A stretch of 64,000 bases of DNA from Squalus acanthias (lineage: Eukaryota), in NCBI GenBank assembly GCA_030390025.1, contig JASTWF010000341.1, positions 248,001 through 312,000 on the forward strand, in the 5' to 3' direction. Position 1 is the first letter of the stretch; every line of letters begins with the position of its first letter. The translations under genes were made by a program, and so were the position numbers. Below are positions 62,380 through 64,000 of this stretch, one piece after another. Below the pieces are notes generated by a model. That model was not told where the DNA came from and did not search any database. It saw only the letters and a program-made list of their open reading frames with translations.

Positions 62380-63555
62380 AATTGGCTAAGTGACAGGAAA
62401 CAGAGAGCAGTGAGTGAATGGTTGTTTTTCAGACTGGAGGAAGATATACAGTGGTGTTCCCCAGGGGTCGGTACTAGGACCACTGCTTTTCTTGATATAT
62501 ATTAATGATTTGGACTTAGGTGTACAGGGCTCTATCTCAAAATTTGCGGATGACACAAAACTTGGAAGTATAGCGATCAGTGAAGAGGATAGTGATAGAC
62601 TTCAAGAGGACATAGACAGGTTGATGGAATGGGCGGACACGTGGCAGATGAAGTTTAATGCAGAAAAGTGAGAAGTGATACATTTTGGTAGGAAGAACAA
62701 GGAGAGGCAATATAAACTAAAGGGTACAATTCTAAAGGAGGTGCAGGAACAGAGAGACCTGGGAGTATATGTGCACAAATCATTGAAGGTGGCAGGGCAG
62801 GTTGAGAAAACGGTTAAAAAAGCATACAGGATCCTAGGCTTTATAAATAGAGAGGTCGCACAACACCAGGTTATAGTCCATGTTGTGCGACCTCTCAATT
62901 TTGTCCACCCCAGTCCAACACCGGCATCTCCGCTTTATAAATAGAGGCATAGATTACAAAAGCAAAGAAGTTATGATGAACCTTTATAAAACACTGGTTC
63001 GCCCACAACTGGAGTATTGTGTCCAATTCTGGGCACCGCACTTTAGGAAGGATGTGAAGGCCTTAGAGAGGGTGCAGAAAAGATTTACAAGAATGGTTCC
63101 AGGGATGAGGGACCTCAGTTACGTGGATAGACCGGAGAAGCTGGGGTTGTTCTCCTTAGAGCAGAGAATATTGAGAGGAGATTTGATAAAGGTGTTCAAA
63201 ATCATGAGAGGTCTAGACAGAGTAGATAGAGATAAGTTGTTCCCATTGGCAGAAGGGTCGTGAACCAGAAGACACAGATTTAAGGTGATGGGCAGGAGAT
63301 CCAAAGGTGACATGAGGAAAAACTTTTTTACACAGCGAGTGGTTATGATCTGGAATCCACTGCCTGAAAGGGTGATGGAAGCAGATTCAATCATGGCTTT
63401 TAAAAGGAAATTGGATAAATATCTGAAGGAAAAAAAATTGCAGGGCTACAGGGAAAGGGTGGGGGATTGGGACTAACTGAAGTGCTCTTGCAGAGAGCTG
63501 GCACAGGTTCGACAGGGCGAATGGCCTCATACTGTGCTGTAACCATTCTATGATT
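62380..63555 (+). mobile_element. 5'-truncated CR1 LINE, same subfamily as 12815-14735
   Basis: [30 protein letters not shown] and NFFTQRVV motifs with a ttctatgatt tail. Highly similar to 13676-14735. Confidence 0.95.
62853..62931. mobile_element. 79-bp Penelope-like mini-insertion with a 15-bp TSD inside the CR1
   Basis: GCTTTATAAATAGAG is duplicated at 62838-62852 and 62932-62946. An internal perfect 16-bp inverted repeat is present. Confidence 0.75.
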
Positions 63556-64000
63556 CCACTACCTTCCATGTGAGGGTAATGTGATATAACCAGTAACCAA
63601 AATACAGCAACGAGTGTTTTCTGTTTGATTCCCGAGTTGCTACAAATTAACCAGATACTGGGCAGATAACGGCCCATTTCAGGTAACAGAGTGAGGACTC
63701 AACTACAGGAGTGGCCTGAAACACTTAACCTGAGGAAAATATGTAGAGTAAAAATCCAAAAATATAACAGACTACTTGCTTCTCTCTTCCAACACTACCA
63801 TTCCCACCCCCCACCCCTGAACCCAAAAAAAATACTGGCATCACAAAATATCAAACACTCATCCATGGCTTTCCCAACAAATGCCAATGTTGCAGCAAAG
63901 CAAATACAGTGCATTTGCATCAAGTTTTCAACAGCAGTCCACACAGATGTAAAAGCCTGTCAGAATCGTTAATGCTCTTCCCTTAAGGGATTCAGATCAA

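Noticed and set aside
29533-64000. FTO exon 1 or the neighbouring RPGRIP1L
   Set aside because: No credible MKR-type first exon, CpG-island promoter or RPGRIP1L peptide was found. The CpG-rich patches are explained by transposons.
1-64000. CRISPR arrays, operons or other prokaryotic systems; the many short ORFs as genes
   Set aside because: The sequence is vertebrate intronic DNA with no repeat-spacer array. The short ORFs are TE fragments, their antisense shadows or chance frames.

Overview
Vertebrate genomic DNA, not prokaryotic. The repeat families suggest a cartilaginous fish (inference). The window lies inside the FTO gene (Fe(II)/2-oxoglutarate m6A/m6Am RNA demethylase) on the minus strand. 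Four coding exons, equivalent to human exons 2-5, have canonical GT-AG boundaries, join in frame and keep all catalytic residues: 29455-29532, 27490-28135, 25816-25965 and 7286-7365. Exon 1 and exon 6 onward were not found, so bases above 29.5 kb are probably intron 1. The introns are dense with transposable elements: a full-length CR1 LINE nested in a Harbinger-type MITE nested in an older CR1, several truncated CR1/L2 LINEs, four PIF/Harbinger elements, MITEs, Deu-domain SINEs and Penelope-like fold-back insertions. Two heavily decayed DIRS1-like retrotransposon relics are only partly visible in the ORF track. I cannot demonstrate a new biological system. The best leads are a tRNA(Thr)-headed LINE with a matching SINE, an LF-SINE-like element, a TE-free candidate conserved regulatory block in intron 1, and several intronic fold-back structures. 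Family names and human comparisons come from my recall of consensus sequences and need database confirmation.
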